From the NCBI GenBank assembly GCA_036172245.1, contig JAYWIR010000004.1, positions 3,782,001 through 3,846,000 of the forward strand: 64,000 nucleotides of DNA, in the 5' to 3' direction. Shown piece after piece: positions 22,560 through 35,700 of this stretch (positions are counted from its first letter, which is position 1; every line of letters begins with the position of its first letter). The translations under genes were made by a program, and so were the position numbers. The stretch is from Raillietiella orientalis. Its lineage: Eukaryota. The notes beneath the pieces were generated by a model. It ran no database searches and was not told where the DNA came from. It saw only the letters and a list, made by a program, of their open reading frames with translations.

Positions 22560-24330
22560 GCAAAGAAGGAAATATTGGGGACGTGGATAACTCGGGAAGT
22601 TGACGGACTCTGAGACCTCGAGTGCGATACCTCCACGGACTCGTACGCTGGGGAGAGCTGTTCGACATCCCTCTGGAGGAGGTGGAGTGGCGCTTAGCGT
22701 GGTGGAGCAGTGGCGTCGTCCACCCTCAACCGGAAGTAGTCGGCGTTGCTTGTGTTTTATGGGGGGATCCTGTGCAAAGCGCACCTCCACCACTGCACAC
22801 AGGGAGGATAAACGCTCAGTGCGACCGGTGTGGGAAGAAGGAAACCCTCCCGCAACCTCTGTGGAACTGTGCTGCCGTCCGACCCCTTTGGGATCGTTTA
22901 GGGTTTTCTTTTTTTTGGTTCACTAAGTATCTCAAGAGCCGGTCGCGTACCTCGCAGCGCACGTGGCTCTTTAACACTGTTCCACGCCACCTGCGGAAGG
23001 TGCGTGTAATTCTTCAAGATAGGGGGCACCCCGGGAGGGGGTCATCCCTATGAATCCAGAAAGGGCTCGGAGTCCGTTCCTCTCACGCTTGGGGAGGGAT
23101 ACTTCAGGGGTGGAGTTGAGGAAGCACCTCCCACCTTGGTTGTCTCCGAAGGGGAACCCAGAAGGGAATCTCCTTCCTCGTTCTTTCCAGAGGGGCACCC
23201 TCGGGTGGGTCCTTTCCATTTCATTTTCTTCGAAGGGAACCCGGAAAGGATCCGCTAGTCTGAATTTCTTCTCCAGAGGGAACCCGCAGGGGAACCGCTC
23301 CTTTTCACTACGAAGAGAACCCCGAAGGTATGCTTCCGAAATTCAGAAGGGGTGCTGCAGATTCCCTCAGGAGGATCGCTCGGCACTCTCTGGAGAGGTG
23401 GAGACGCACTTGCTCCTTCAGCACGACTCGGAGGGTGCCCCCTGCAACGGGGGAGGTTCGCTCCTTTAACAACTGGAGAGGTGCCTGTGAAGACTCCTTC
23501 TCCATCTTGAACGAACCGGAGGGGTGTCCCGGTGTGAAGGGTCTGCTCTCCATTGTACGACCGGAAGGGGAATTCCCCACTCCTTGATTTCTGGAAGGAC
23601 CCAAAGGTCGACTCCCATTGTTCCGGCTTTCATCGGGGCCTCCGATTTTAACCGCTACCGGTACCACGTCCTCATGTTTAGGCCAACCAGAGTCATCTTG
23701 CAGGAGAAACTCGGAACCCAACGACGCAGTGGCATCAGTTTCTGCCGGAGTATTGGAACCCGCGACGCATGGTGCCACGCGAGGAAGCCTCAACCACAAA
23801 GTCTCCGACGCGGGATCGTTTCGTGGCGATCCTAGGTATCCCGGCAGGCGGACCCAGGGACATTTGAAAACATCTCTTCGTGCCTGATGCCACACTGCCT
23901 CCAGCCGCATCCCTCGCAGTTTTCTACTGTCTGCGAGGGATCATTGCGGCCTGGAACGCCAGAAAAAGAAGCCAAAAGGGCAGGAATGCCATCCACTGGA
24001 CACGGATCTTTCAGAAGACCGCTTCGAAACGTCTCCACCCGAGATACGAACGGAAGTTGCCGGCATCCTGAATAGGATGCAGAGAACGCCGGGAAGCGTA
24101 CTGTGATCCCTTCCTCGGTTCCCTTCTTATGGTGTGAAGTTTTCCCTCCCCTGTTTTGTGTGTTTCTTTTTTTTGTTTTTGTTTTCCCTTCTCCCACGCT
24201 CTCGAAGTGGACGCCTCCAGTCTGCGCACGGGTCTTTGGCGGGTTCATCGCACGTGGCAGAACCAAGGGTTCTACCACACTAATGTATTTTTGTTACTCT
24301 ATGTAATAAATGCCCGGGTATAACTGGGTG
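22560..24330 (+). mobile_element. 5'-truncated LINE 3' fragment interrupted by a SINE insertion
   Basis: GLVRWGELFDIPLEE...CDRCGKKETLPQPLWNCAAVRPLWDR before the insertion continues in frame as FVAILGIPAGGPRDI*KHLFVPDATLPPAASLAVFYCLRGIIAAW after it. AATAAA at 24305-24310, then TGCCCGGGTATAACTGGGTG. Confidence 0.8.
22900..23811 (-). mobile_element. tRNA-headed SINE-like element, copy 2 (912 bp), with 10-bp target-site duplication
   Basis: GGGATCGTTT at 22890-22899 and 23812-23821. Degenerate B-box GGTTCCAATAC (reverse complement of 23750-23760). A-rich 3' end GTGAACCAAAAAAAAGAAAACCCT. Confidence 0.8.
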
Positions 24331-24698
24331 ATGATCATCCCAGTCCAATAGTAACGATCTCCTCGCAAGGTCTCCACTGGCCTTTTAGAAAAGTTATGGC
24401 GCTCAGGCGTCGACCCAACTGTCAAGGCAGAGTCGTTCCCGCCTTTCGGCGTTCCGTTGTCGGAGGACGACAGGTCCCAACAGGAACCCTGAGGTTCCGA
24501 CGAGGAGTGACGTGACAGTACGAGCAGAAGAGTTCAAGTGCGAGCTCTCCTGGAGACACCGTCGGTGCAGACCGGTGCAGCAGCATCTCTTGGTGATAGT
24601 GGCACCTACTCTAGTGTGATCTTGAAGGTCTGATGTGGAGGATTCCATACAAGCAGACTTTGAGCACGGTTAAGTAGACCATAGGGTTATTCGGGACA

Positions 24699-24820
24699 TT
24701 CCGGGTTCCCTTCGGAGAAGTTGAAATGGAGAGGACAGCCCCTCCCCATTGGGGGGGGGGAGTGTCCCTCCGGAGAGAATGAGGAAGGAGATTCCCTTCG
24801 GGGTTCCCCTTCCGAGACAA
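24699..24820 (+). repeat. Internal fragment of the SINE-like family
   Basis: Reverse complement closely matches 23140-23246 (TTGTCTC.GAAGGGGAACCC.GAAGGGAATCTCCTTCCTC...GAAGGGAACCCGGAA). Confidence 0.8.
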
Positions 24821-26829
24821 ACGGACTCTGGACGTACGAGTTGAGCGGCAGACGAACTAAGACGACAGAATCGAAAGTTTCGTTCCGACCAATCCTAAAA
24901 GAGCAGCTTTGATTCAATGCCGAATGGTTGAATTGGTCGATAGATGGAATTCAGTACCACTTTTCCTGGTATCTCTTTCTACGAGAGCATCCAAGAGATA
25001 GAATCCGACTAAATCTTCTTAGCTGCATGATCGAAATTATCGACTGAAGGATTGAATGATACAGAGCAAGTGAGTTGAGGAAGCACGGGTTATGTCTGAT
25101 GTAAGAAACGTTGGAAAATGATGGTTTTATGAGAAACTGGATAAAGCTAAAGAACACTTCATGCTGGAAGTGTTCCTTAACGCTTAGGTTGCATCCATGG
25201 GCAGATGGGAATGACGGATTCAATCACATGACGTAAAAGACCTAAATAATGGGAAGTAGTTAGCAAACGGAGAGCTGGAGCCATGATGGCATGGAGACCG
25301 CTAAGGAACAGTTTTGTGACCCTAACCGAACAAAGCGAGTGGGTGAGGAAAGTTAAGCCTTTGGAAAGTATCGGCAGGTTTTGTTTGTGCATCTTGATCA
25401 CGACTGTCTCAAGTTCAACATTGGTTTCTCTGGTCTTGCTCCATGGAAACTGAATGGCTTCATAAGTTTCGAAAAATAATTCGCAGCAATATTGTGAACT
25501 GTTCACGAAACTGGTGCTGAACATGTGAACTGCAAGTCTTTTTTCTCGTACAGAAATTGTGCTTGTAAGAAGTATCTTGAAGATGATTTCACTTGAATCC
25601 ACGAAACAGTGCTCGTGCGATGGGAACTATCATCCGTGACACACATAAACCCGTCTAGACTGAAAAAAACAATGACTGTTGGTCAGCTCCGTTTGAATAT
25701 TGAGCAATGGCTTTTATTGCCTGTTTGAAATTCAGTTTCATAGCATGCCAAACGGAAGGGGAGGATTACAATGCGTCTACACAAATCTTCAGAACCTCAG
25801 GAATTCAATGAAAAATCGTGCGGATGATGTTTTCTTGGTTGAGATGCCGTCTTCGTAACCAAGAACTCTTCGAATTTCTCTACGGTTTACGTCTCCTTAG
25901 TAACGAGGTTCTCCGTAGGCACGAGAACGACTTTTTCAACGACCATTATGCATGGCACTTTTCATTGAAGGTATGCGGTTGGATCGAGAAAAGAACTCAG
26001 CAAATCGGTTTTCAGGCTGGGATAGAAGAGTCGATTGGAGCACCTTGTGCTGAATAGAACAAGAAAAAAGAACCTTCTGGATAAGAGCACCAGGTAGAAT
26101 TAAAAAGAACAAAAAGTTTGTCAGCACAGCAACTGCATCCTTGAGATAAAAAAAAGAGAGTTTTACGTCGAAAACAAAATCAAACACACAAAGTTTGGAC
26201 ATAAAAGTATAGCTCGAATGATTATTGAGTTCATGTCTTTGCTGCATTGCCATGGCGAAATGTTTCCATATCACTAAATAAAATGACCTAAAAGAAATCA
26301 ATGTCGCACACCTGATCCTGAAATGATCTTTATGAGGAAAACAATCTTCCTCCATTTTCAATGCAGGAAAACTCCTGATCTGCACATGAGATTTCGATCA
26401 AGTGCTGTTTATCTAGGAAATTCTAAATGATCTTCTTATGGAACACTGCTCTTCAGGCACTTGTCAATCATCGCTAAGGTTTGTTAACACATCTGATATA
26501 TGAAGCGGACATTTCCATCTTGATATGTCAAAACATGCATGTTTCTTTCTGGCACACATTATTTCCATCAAATTTCAACATTCATTCCGAATTCCATTCT
26601 GTTCGTTCTCGACCATCGCCACCGTTTGCCAAGGAGCCTCAAATACAATCAGCAGATTGGTGATTTACAATGCAATCAGCAAATCAGATACAGCTTGGAC
26701 GAATTTCGTGTCAGCTCTCTAGAAAGGAGACCAAACTGCATCTTGGGAGAGGAAATAGCGTACGACAGCGTGATGCATCAAAATGCTTCAAGACAAGCTT
26801 AACATGAAGTTGAATTTTTGGATACTTGA

Positions 26830-28900
26830 ATGTGCTTAAAGCACAACGTGCCATCCAACGAAGTGCCACATGGCGTTCCTCCAAATGTGAAAGTCATCCA
26901 GATCAAAGGAAGTCCAGAGTATGCAGTAGACTGCAACAGGGCTTGAAGCCACTTCCTCTATAGTGGAATTCACCTGAGGTTTTCGGAGTCGAGGTCTTTC
27001 TCCTGCTTCTTCTGAGACCCTGATGCGCTGGGAAGAAATTAAGGGATCAGATCTTGCAAGCATTGTCAGAGATGGAACGAGAATCCGCAACATATCTTAA
27101 CTTTCACAGTTAGTGGCATCACCAAGAGATACAGCGCTCTCTACACCAAGAGACACAGCGCTCTGGTCCTACTTAAGAAAGAAACGATAGGAGAATGTGA
27201 GAATGTGTCTAGAAACCGAACCATATGTAGTGCTTGCAGATTCCATTTACACAATAACAGTGCCATTTCTAGATGCCCAGCAGAACATGCATGCGTTAAT
27301 AGGGTTCAGCCACTGTTGTCAGTGGATAAACAATCCACTTCACCAGGAAGTGAAGAATGGGTTCTTCCGGAACTGGCTCATGTTCCAACTGGACCTCGAG
27401 CTTGTCCTACTTTGATCTGAGTCTAGAATCTTAAACCATTTCGAATGAACGTGCAACTCCTGAAAAGCATGGCAGTTCTGTTCGATAGGACACTCAAGAA
27501 AAGCATGGAAACAATCATGAGAATGCTCTCTTTTTGTCTTGTTGAATTCAGTTCTTTGTTTGGACTTTGTTTGTTGGCTCTGAGATTTTGGGATTCCCAA
27601 AGCACGTCCTAAGAGACCAGGGCGTTCCCAGACTGATGAAAAAGATGATGATCTCGACAAGGAGGCTGGCAAGTGAACGCATATGTACATTTTGATCGTT
27701 CTAGTGGAAACGCGCTTCCAACTCTTACCCTCACCAAATTCAGAAGTACAGGATTTTCCTTTGATAATGAAGAGATTGCAGGATGCCAATAGGAGATGAA
27801 GATTGGGGAGATTCCCAAAAGAAAAATTTAACAGGCCCCGTAGCGATGTTGAGAGCGATCTGGATGATGGTCAGACAAGCGTTTAGTCGAGCGATGGCCA
27901 TGCAGACCTTTGAAAAACACCACCCTAAGACCAAAATTCGAGATGCAACCAAACTGAACACATGAGCTAGAAAGTCATGTCCAGTCTGCCAACGATTGAG
28001 CACGAGGAAGCCTGATGCTGGAATCGCAAATTATCGCTCCCAAGAGAAGACTTGAAGTATAAGGCAGCATCGTAGGCCAGCACTCCTTGTGAAGAACACT
28101 CGAGATTTTGGAGTTACCGCGCTATTCACGAGACGCGGCTCAAACCGCTGCCTCTGGGAGTTACGCTCCCTCCAGGGACGGAGCCCATCGCGTGCGCAGG
28201 AGGTGCGTGGTGTGAAGGGATTCCTCACCCACTGCACTGGTAACTCGAAGATATTGCCGAGAGAAATGACGAAATGATCAAGAGGACTACCCGGGGAAAT
28301 AGGGAGCTGCCGGTCTCGAACGAATCCATTCCGGGAAGAGACCTTGAGCCGCAACCGTCGCAGAGATAGAGTGACCATACTGGACATTATTTGCGCCTAC
28401 GAATCGTCCGCTGCGCCTCCAGGGTAGGAGGGAAGACAAAAGTGAAGAGACCGAGCACGAAAGATTAGCTCTCCACTTTGATCTCAGCCAAAAGGCCTTT
28501 TGGAAGTGAAGATTAGAGTGAAGATTAGCTCTCCGTTTCGCCGCCGAAGCAATATCCGCGTATCGGCGCGAGCGATCTTCGTGGAATCCCTGGGTCCAGT
28601 GGATCCGGCAAAGGACGAGGCTAGGAGAGAAACTCAAAGTGACCAAGAGGCTGGCGAAGCACGTCAGGAGAGAAATGGCGCTCCCGGGCATGGGATACTC
28701 CAGGGACAAAATCATATTTCATCAGGATCTGTGATAGAGTGTGATTATCACGAAACTCCAAGGACAAATCTGGAAGCACATGGTGGGTCATCGGCCGGGA
28801 TCAAGCAACCCTCAAGAAACGCTGCCTCGTCAGAAGGAGGACATGAAGGGTCTGGACTGATTGCGGAAGAGGTGGAGAATCCTTCTCCTTAGCATTGATG
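26830..28900 (+). mobile_element. Decayed Ty3/gypsy pol relic (RT then integrase)
   Basis: In gypsy order: AIQRSATWRS..RVC/VD, ESATY/LTFTVSG..RY, RKSCPVCQR (integrase HHCC), LFTRRG..LRSLQGR (RFG.P..RSDQG), GIPH...IAERNDEMIKR (G.AER.N..IK) and PRTNLEAHGG (GPY/F-like). Confidence 0.5.
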
Positions 28901-31049
28901 GCACTCCTCGTCGGCCGGCGCTGTAGATAAGAAATGTGAATAAAAAGTGAGGATGTCTACTGGACTCACCAGTTGGATCATTTTCTTGATGAGGCACTGG
29001 TGCCGATCTCAAATGTCTCGCAGCCCGACGTGGAAGATCCAAGTTCAGAGTTGCAGCTGCAAACAGATAATGATATAATCACACTGAAGCGCAGTAAGGT
29101 GCTGGAAATTTGTGATCGGGTTGAAGATTGGTCAGACTTGCCAGAAACTCTCCCTATTGGCATTTTGATGTATCTACCGAGTTTCCCAGTGAAATAAGGA
29201 TGGATGAGCCACTCCACTCACGTTTCCATTTCATTGTGTAATATATCAGGTTGAATACTGAAAGCCTTTCTTGTGCTCATTGTGAGCTTGTCGAATGTAC
29301 TCTCTCGAATTCCATGCATCCAAGAGCATTCAAAAGGAGGTCCCCCATTAGAATGTGGGAAGCAAATGTATCCCCAATCTAATTGCTCGGGATCCTCATA
29401 ACAGCTCATGAAATAGTGCTTATTCTCCTTAATCGCTGCAGTTTAAAAATAAATCGCTGTCGTCTAATCGCATCTACGGGTTAAAGTCTGCAGAATGATA
29501 ATTATTTTGATGGAACAGTGCAAGATGAATTTTCTCATAAGATCACTAAAATGTAACAGTAATGTTTGAGAGTATGGAGGGAGTTGAACCGAAATCGCCC
29601 ACTTTTTCTTTAGCATTTTCAAGGAACACGGAAGGTTTTCGTCGATTTGTCAGGGAACATCCTGGGAACCTCACAGGCGTCCAAACAGGAAGCTGCGGAT
29701 CGATGTATCTTCTTCCTTTATAATTGAGAAATACAGCAATTCATTATCTTTGGAAGCGTTTGTCTTTTTTCTCTCTATCACTTGATGTTTGCTGACAAGT
29801 ACCTCATAAATTTAAGCACTTTATCGCGCCTATAATGAAACTCAGATTATGATTGGAGTGTGCTTGATGTCCTTTCTATGCAACAGAAACGACATGAAAA
29901 TTTTTCTTGAGATGCTTCCCGCTGAGAGAAATTCAATTATGAAGCTTTTGTGAAATAATCAATGAAGAAACGTGCCCAGACCAGAAAAAATATGCTCTCA
30001 GATTTTCTTGTCAAAATTAATAATTTTTCCATTGTTTTTGATCTGAGATGAGGGTTTTAGATTTCAGGAACGGGAGATTGAGCAGGGTTGTTACGATTCA
30101 CAAGCGTACGTTTGTTGCTATGGTGATCAGGAGTTTCTGTTGTGATTCATCTCAGGATTGCTTATTTCCGAAGGCACCTTGCATCACCAAGGAGATGTTC
30201 CGGAAAAGTAGATTTCCGAAGTTTGTGGTCTGCTATTTTGCTGACTGCAAGCAATAAGGACGATTGGGTTTGCTTCCCTCCGCCATCAGGAATAGTGCTT
30301 GATTGCCTGGCAGAGGACTGTCACGTTGTGTTTTGCCATTAACTTGATTTCTGATGTATGTATTTATCAAGCGACTCATTGAACGGAAGATGTCATTCAG
30401 GATGAGCTTGAATGCATTTTCACGTTTGGAAGGTCTTCTTTCCTGAACTGGCACTGACTGTTATGATTCATGGAGAAGCAAACTTTTCTTTGCTTCGCTT
30501 TCCTTCCATTAGGTGACCTCTTATGGAGGGAGTCCCCTTGCAATGAACACTAGTAGCCTTCTTGTTCATAAAGGATATCTGAGGAAAGTTAGCTGCTTGT
30601 CGAAGCTTGCCGTGAGTTCTTTCGTGTTTTTTTCTTCTTGATGTAACAGAAACGGAACAAACGAGCCATGCTACTGTCAAAATTGGAATAAAATGAAGTT
30701 TTTGAAAAGTAGCTCACAAAACGCGTCTCAGTCTAGTGTTCTCTCTCTGGTTTTTTCAGCTACTCTATTCCCCCAAATATTCGTTTTTAAAAAAAAAAGA
30801 AAAATGAAACTTCAGTTGCATGTCTCTGAATTCTGTGTCCGATGACTGTGTCGATTGCTGTCCGATGACTTCATCCGCATGTTCTGCTTCCAGCACCAAA
30901 CACCTAGCAAGAAAAGTAGAAAAGATACACTCAGAGCAAGCGGGACGAATCCAGCTTCCCTCTGAAGGAGGCCACTCTAAGTGTGATAATTTTGGCCTCA
31001 ATTAAAGCAGCCCATGGAGTGCAATCAGCGGAAGGACGGTGGAGCAGAC

Positions 31050-33000
31050 TTCCAGAGTTTCTGAGGAGAGACTGGGAGGCGCAACCATAAGTACAAAAGT
31101 GCCTGCTGTTTTCTATAATGTGCCCAATGCCTCTTGCTCCAATAGGTGGAAAAATCTCCCTTATTGAGGAATCAATTTCTTATTCGCTCTTGATCTCGCT
31201 TGTGGATCCATAGCACTTCCTGATGACAATAATTCAAAGAATGAATGAAGAGATTCCGTTGGGATGGACATCCCCACTGGAGGAATCAACTTATGGGAAT
31301 AAGGATTCTCCTCTGTAGGCATTAGAAATGTTTGTGGGGTCGCTCCCTTGAAGAAATAAGAATTGAAATTGGAATATGCAGAGAGTTGACTGGAACATCG
31401 AGAAAGAGAAAGATGATCGCAGAATCATTATCCGAGTGAAAGCAGGAAAGGGCAGCCTGTTTCCAGGGATCTAAATCAATTTGATCTGGAAAGATCAAAA
31501 AAAACAAAGGTAGGAACCTCAGGAAAAAAATAAAGGGATGAGAGCCCCTTCCATTGATATCCCCTTCCATTAAAGGACGGATAAAGGTGATTTTGACGAT
31601 GGAAATCAGGCTCATCTCAATTTATTTCGATTCAGAACTTTTGCTTGCAGTTACGAAAGTCCCTTTGTACGTTTCTGGGGTGCGGAAGTAGGAAAAGGGA
31701 TTCTCTCCTCGAGAGACTGGAAGTGCTGCAGCATAACGACGGAAGACTCACCTTGAAAATCCAGAATCTCGTGATTCTAATTTCGGGTGGATGACGGCCG
31801 ACTGTGCAAACTTCTAACACCGTCGATCAACGAAGAATGCGTGTCAAGTCCGGACTTCGCATCCTCTCCAGTTACCGTGGAAATGAAAAGGGAGGAAAAG
31901 TACAGGCCGAGTGAAGGTTACTGTTGCCAGAAAAGTACCACAGAATAGAGGTGCTTCTTCACAAGAGCCAGTGATGAAGGTCGCCGAGCAAAAGCAAGGG
32001 GAAATAGAATTCCAGATCATCAACATATTTACTTATTAGAAGGAACGAATTTGCTGAGCTCCTGGAACGTTTTGAGTACGAAATTGATAAGAATTTGCCT
32101 TTTTTTCAAGTCTGGTCGATCGATCTTCATGAGGAAATGGAGATCTTTACTATGGCAATAGCAAAATTGTTTGAAGTTTCTCGTATCTCTCTGGAACCGA
32201 CAAGTTCGAACGAAGAGCTCACTGCATCAAGATCCACAGATCACCTAAAATGGCAAGCGTCCACTGATTTCCTTCAGTACAGAAATCACACGTTTAGCAT
32301 GAGTTACACACACAAAAAAAAGCTCTTTCTGCAGAAAACGCGAAACTCTGGATTAAATTGAACACCTCTCTGTGTAGCTCAAAAATTCCAGCTAATCTTC
32401 GTGATTTTTGTCCAAGGTAAATTCATCCTCGATTGTGTAGTCAAGAGTAAGCGCATCCATTGATCTTCCTCCGCACTTCCTATCCCACATCTATTGCAAG
32501 CTGCAGTAAATGCTCAATTAAAGAACTGCTGCGGGCAGCTCTCCACGTAGTCGAATGCACTCATTTCATCGTGCAAAGTGGTCAGTTTGCGACCTCAATC
32601 TCCCCGGTAAAGATGCCATTGGTTTCGGATCCATTCCAACTGCAGAACCAGGTCCGCGCGGTCACAAACTCACCAACGGAGGTGTCGTTCATCATTCAAA
32701 GGGATGATCGTATCATTCTTATCATTAAAGCGACTTCGAGAAAATAATTTTTGGGGTAAGGACAGGGGATGGAAGATGAACGTTACCCAAATGGGAGAAG
32801 GGCATCGAAATTTAAGAGATGGGGATGTTCTTAGATGCTTTCCACTCTTCTCCCGTTAAGGAACGCTTGAAATTACATAGGTCACTATTTGCTCTTCACT
32901 AATTCTGACGATCCCCAGGATATGTAACATTGACATGATATGGGAACGAGTGTTGACGGAGACGTGTGCACAATCAATACAAAGATCCAGGTCAGTGTTT
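31050..33000 (-). mobile_element. Decayed L1-like ORF2 relic (endonuclease + RT)
   Basis: RW*VCDRADLVL and EMSAFDYV (EN), QRDFRN (DF.KA), DINGRGSHPF (ING..S..F) and FHSDNDSAIIFL (YADD..IF). Confidence 0.4.
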
Positions 33001-35049
33001 ACCAAAGGAGTTTAACTATCTCATCTCACGGGAAAACTTTCGAAAATATGAGATCCATCTTGCAGAAACGCACAGTGTAGCAAAGTCTTTTTGTGTTTGC
33101 GCAACAGTTTTTTTTTATTCAAGAAAAAGGAATTTTTGAAAATCGACATCGGAAGGGAGGGATGAGGTGTAGGTTTACTTTTAACAGCTTTCTGACACCC
33201 GAGGAGAGTACATAACCTGTTCCTGGTTCTATTCTGTCGCAAGGGTCTTGATAGTAGCACGCCCCTCTCCCAACTCGCTCTTCCTGTTTGAATAATTTGC
33301 TGAAAGAAAAGCTAAATATATTAATTCATTTTGTGAGTCACTTCTCCCGCATTTTCCGGATGATTTATGGCAGCATCAGACAAAGCCTCGATGGATATTA
33401 TGTCGAGTCAAGAGCTATGATGTTTACAGTTTGTCAAAAGTCACATGTACCCAAGACATGCCTGCTGCCTTGTTTCCGGGACCCGGAAGACGTGCTCCAG
33501 TTCGATTCCTCATGAAAACAATTCGTGGTCACGTCGGAGCCCTCTTGCATTTCAACGATAGATTGGAAACGTGAAGGGAGAATGAGAATCGCAGGCGGAA
33601 TGCTCGGTGCACACATCGAGTCCTTCTCACTTCGATTTGTCTGCCCTCTATCCCACACCAAAGCTCTTGAAGATTTTCCACTCTTCTCTTCTGAAAGGCA
33701 GCAAAAGCTTTCCTGAGAAACCATCCGTCGCGGAAAAACAACATGTCAGCCAATCATTCGTCATTGCTCCCTTCCATGAGTTGAAGAACAGTTCACAATC
33801 GTTCACTTTTTTTCACAGCTTCGTTAGTGACTTTACCCGATTCTCCGAGATCAGTGGGACTTCTGTATACCCTCAGTTCCCGCCCAATGAATCTTCGGTT
33901 TTGACACGGACTTGGAGCGTTTTGTGAATTCGACGATATGCGCATGAAATCCTCTTGCCAATTTCCAATCCTTCCAGTGCAGCAAAGTGTCTCCCCAATT
34001 TTCGAAAGCTCCCAGGTAGAAGAAGCATCGGATGCAGTTGCTACTGGTGTAATACGCTCACAAAGAATCGTAAAGCCACAGGAGAAATGCCGAATATTTC
34101 CTCCGTGCCACTCCCAAAGACGAAACAACCTAATGGGAAGAGTTTCTGATTCATCTTCACTACTGAATTCAAATTAAATCAAACTTGCCAATGAAGGGTG
34201 CAAAAACTTTCACTATCCGAGGAGCATCAGAATCTCTCCCTGGATCACTCACGGAACACCTGCCTCATCTTCAGATGCCGGAAGCGAGACGAGGGCGGAG
34301 TTTCCCAGTTCGTCTCCAATCGGAGTCTGCAGACAGGTGTTTGTACGCACTTCACAAATACAAAAACTTGGATCCCTCATGATGTCAAGCATTGCGGCGG
34401 ATTTCATTCCCAAACCCTTAGACCCTGCCAGAGCTCAGCACATTAGAAAAATTGCATTTCTTGTAGGTCGCAGCTGCTTTCCTCAGCGTGCCTGAAAATA
34501 GCAAGCAACTGCAACACTTTCACTGTCCTCTGGAAGGAGCCCTCCGGTCGATCATGGAGGCAAACAGATTTACCGCACGGAAAGACAGAAGTTAGAAAAG
34601 GGAGGACGACCAGAACCCCAGAAGAATTCAAGCCAAAGAAATACAAAATTTTCACTCACGAAAGGCTACCAAGTGGAAACTCTGCCTTGTCGTCCTCCTG
34701 TGCGAGGCTTCCGCTTACGTTTCGAAGAGCCGCGGCAAAACGGGAGTCGCATCAGGTCACTGCCGGTGCTCAGATTCCGGCTTGCGTTTGCGCTTGTGTT
34801 CACCACACCATAAGGAGACATCGAAACTTTCCTCGATCAGAGCTCTGGGTTTCTTACATTCAGATGAGTGTCTTGTGTTTCGGGTGTTTCTCAAGGACGC
34901 AAGTTGCAGATGCAGTTTCGTCTCGACAGCTTCCAGAGAGCACCGGCGGTTTTGTTGCAGTGAGTGCACTCTGCATTCTTTCTTTCTCTTCGAGTGCATC
35001 TCCGTTTGCTTTGTTACGATTGCAGAGGCACGCTTAAAGTAAGGAAAGA

Positions 35050-35700
35050 AGGAACGCAGCGTCCGCACCCACCCTTTCGAGAACTCCAATCGAGGAACGG
35101 GTGAGGAGATTGGCAGAAACGAGTGAAGAGAGCTCATAGAGACACTCGGATTCACAAAGGTGGGAGTCAGATGCTCTATGCAAAGGAAGGTTCGGATTCC
35201 AGCCGCTTGCATTTCTACATTCAGGCCCTTTCTTTCGATGATGGTTCATGACTCGCGTTCTCTTGGTGAGAAAGGATGGTGCTTCTGCGAAATGTTGGTG
35301 TATGGTGTGCTTGTTCTTGACTGCACTTGCAAAACCTCTCAAAGTGGGAATTTTGCTCTTCAAGAGATCCCCAATTCATGATCTTCGCGTCATTGAAACT
35401 TCTCTCCTTTAGAGTGGTTACTCAAAGTAGTGCCCTTTTCTGTGAGACAGGTTTGCATGATTATTTCAGGCACGAGGCTTTACGGAACCCGTTACCAAGA
35501 GGCTTCTTTGCCCAAAGTAGGCGAAAAGCTTTTTCCCAAAAGATAACTGAAGCATGTGGTGGTTGGTACTTTACGATGAAGGGGAAGATGCAAGGATTCT
35601 CTTGGGGAGCTCTTACCCAAGTGAATAAGCAACAAGAGCGCAGCGCTCCGCCAAAATGCCATGAAGCAATCGAACATGAATTAACTCAGCGATTTATTTT
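35050..35700 (+). mobile_element. Decayed MULE-like transposase
   Basis: YGVLVLDCTCKTSQSG (VL.LD.TYKTN), followed by HDYFRHEALRNPLP (D...AL.NAL). Confidence 0.45.

Noticed and set aside
21880..23330. CRISPR-like array in the GGGAACCC-rich repeats
   Set aside because: The units are degenerate, irregularly spaced and internal to a SINE, with no cas genes, in a eukaryotic context.
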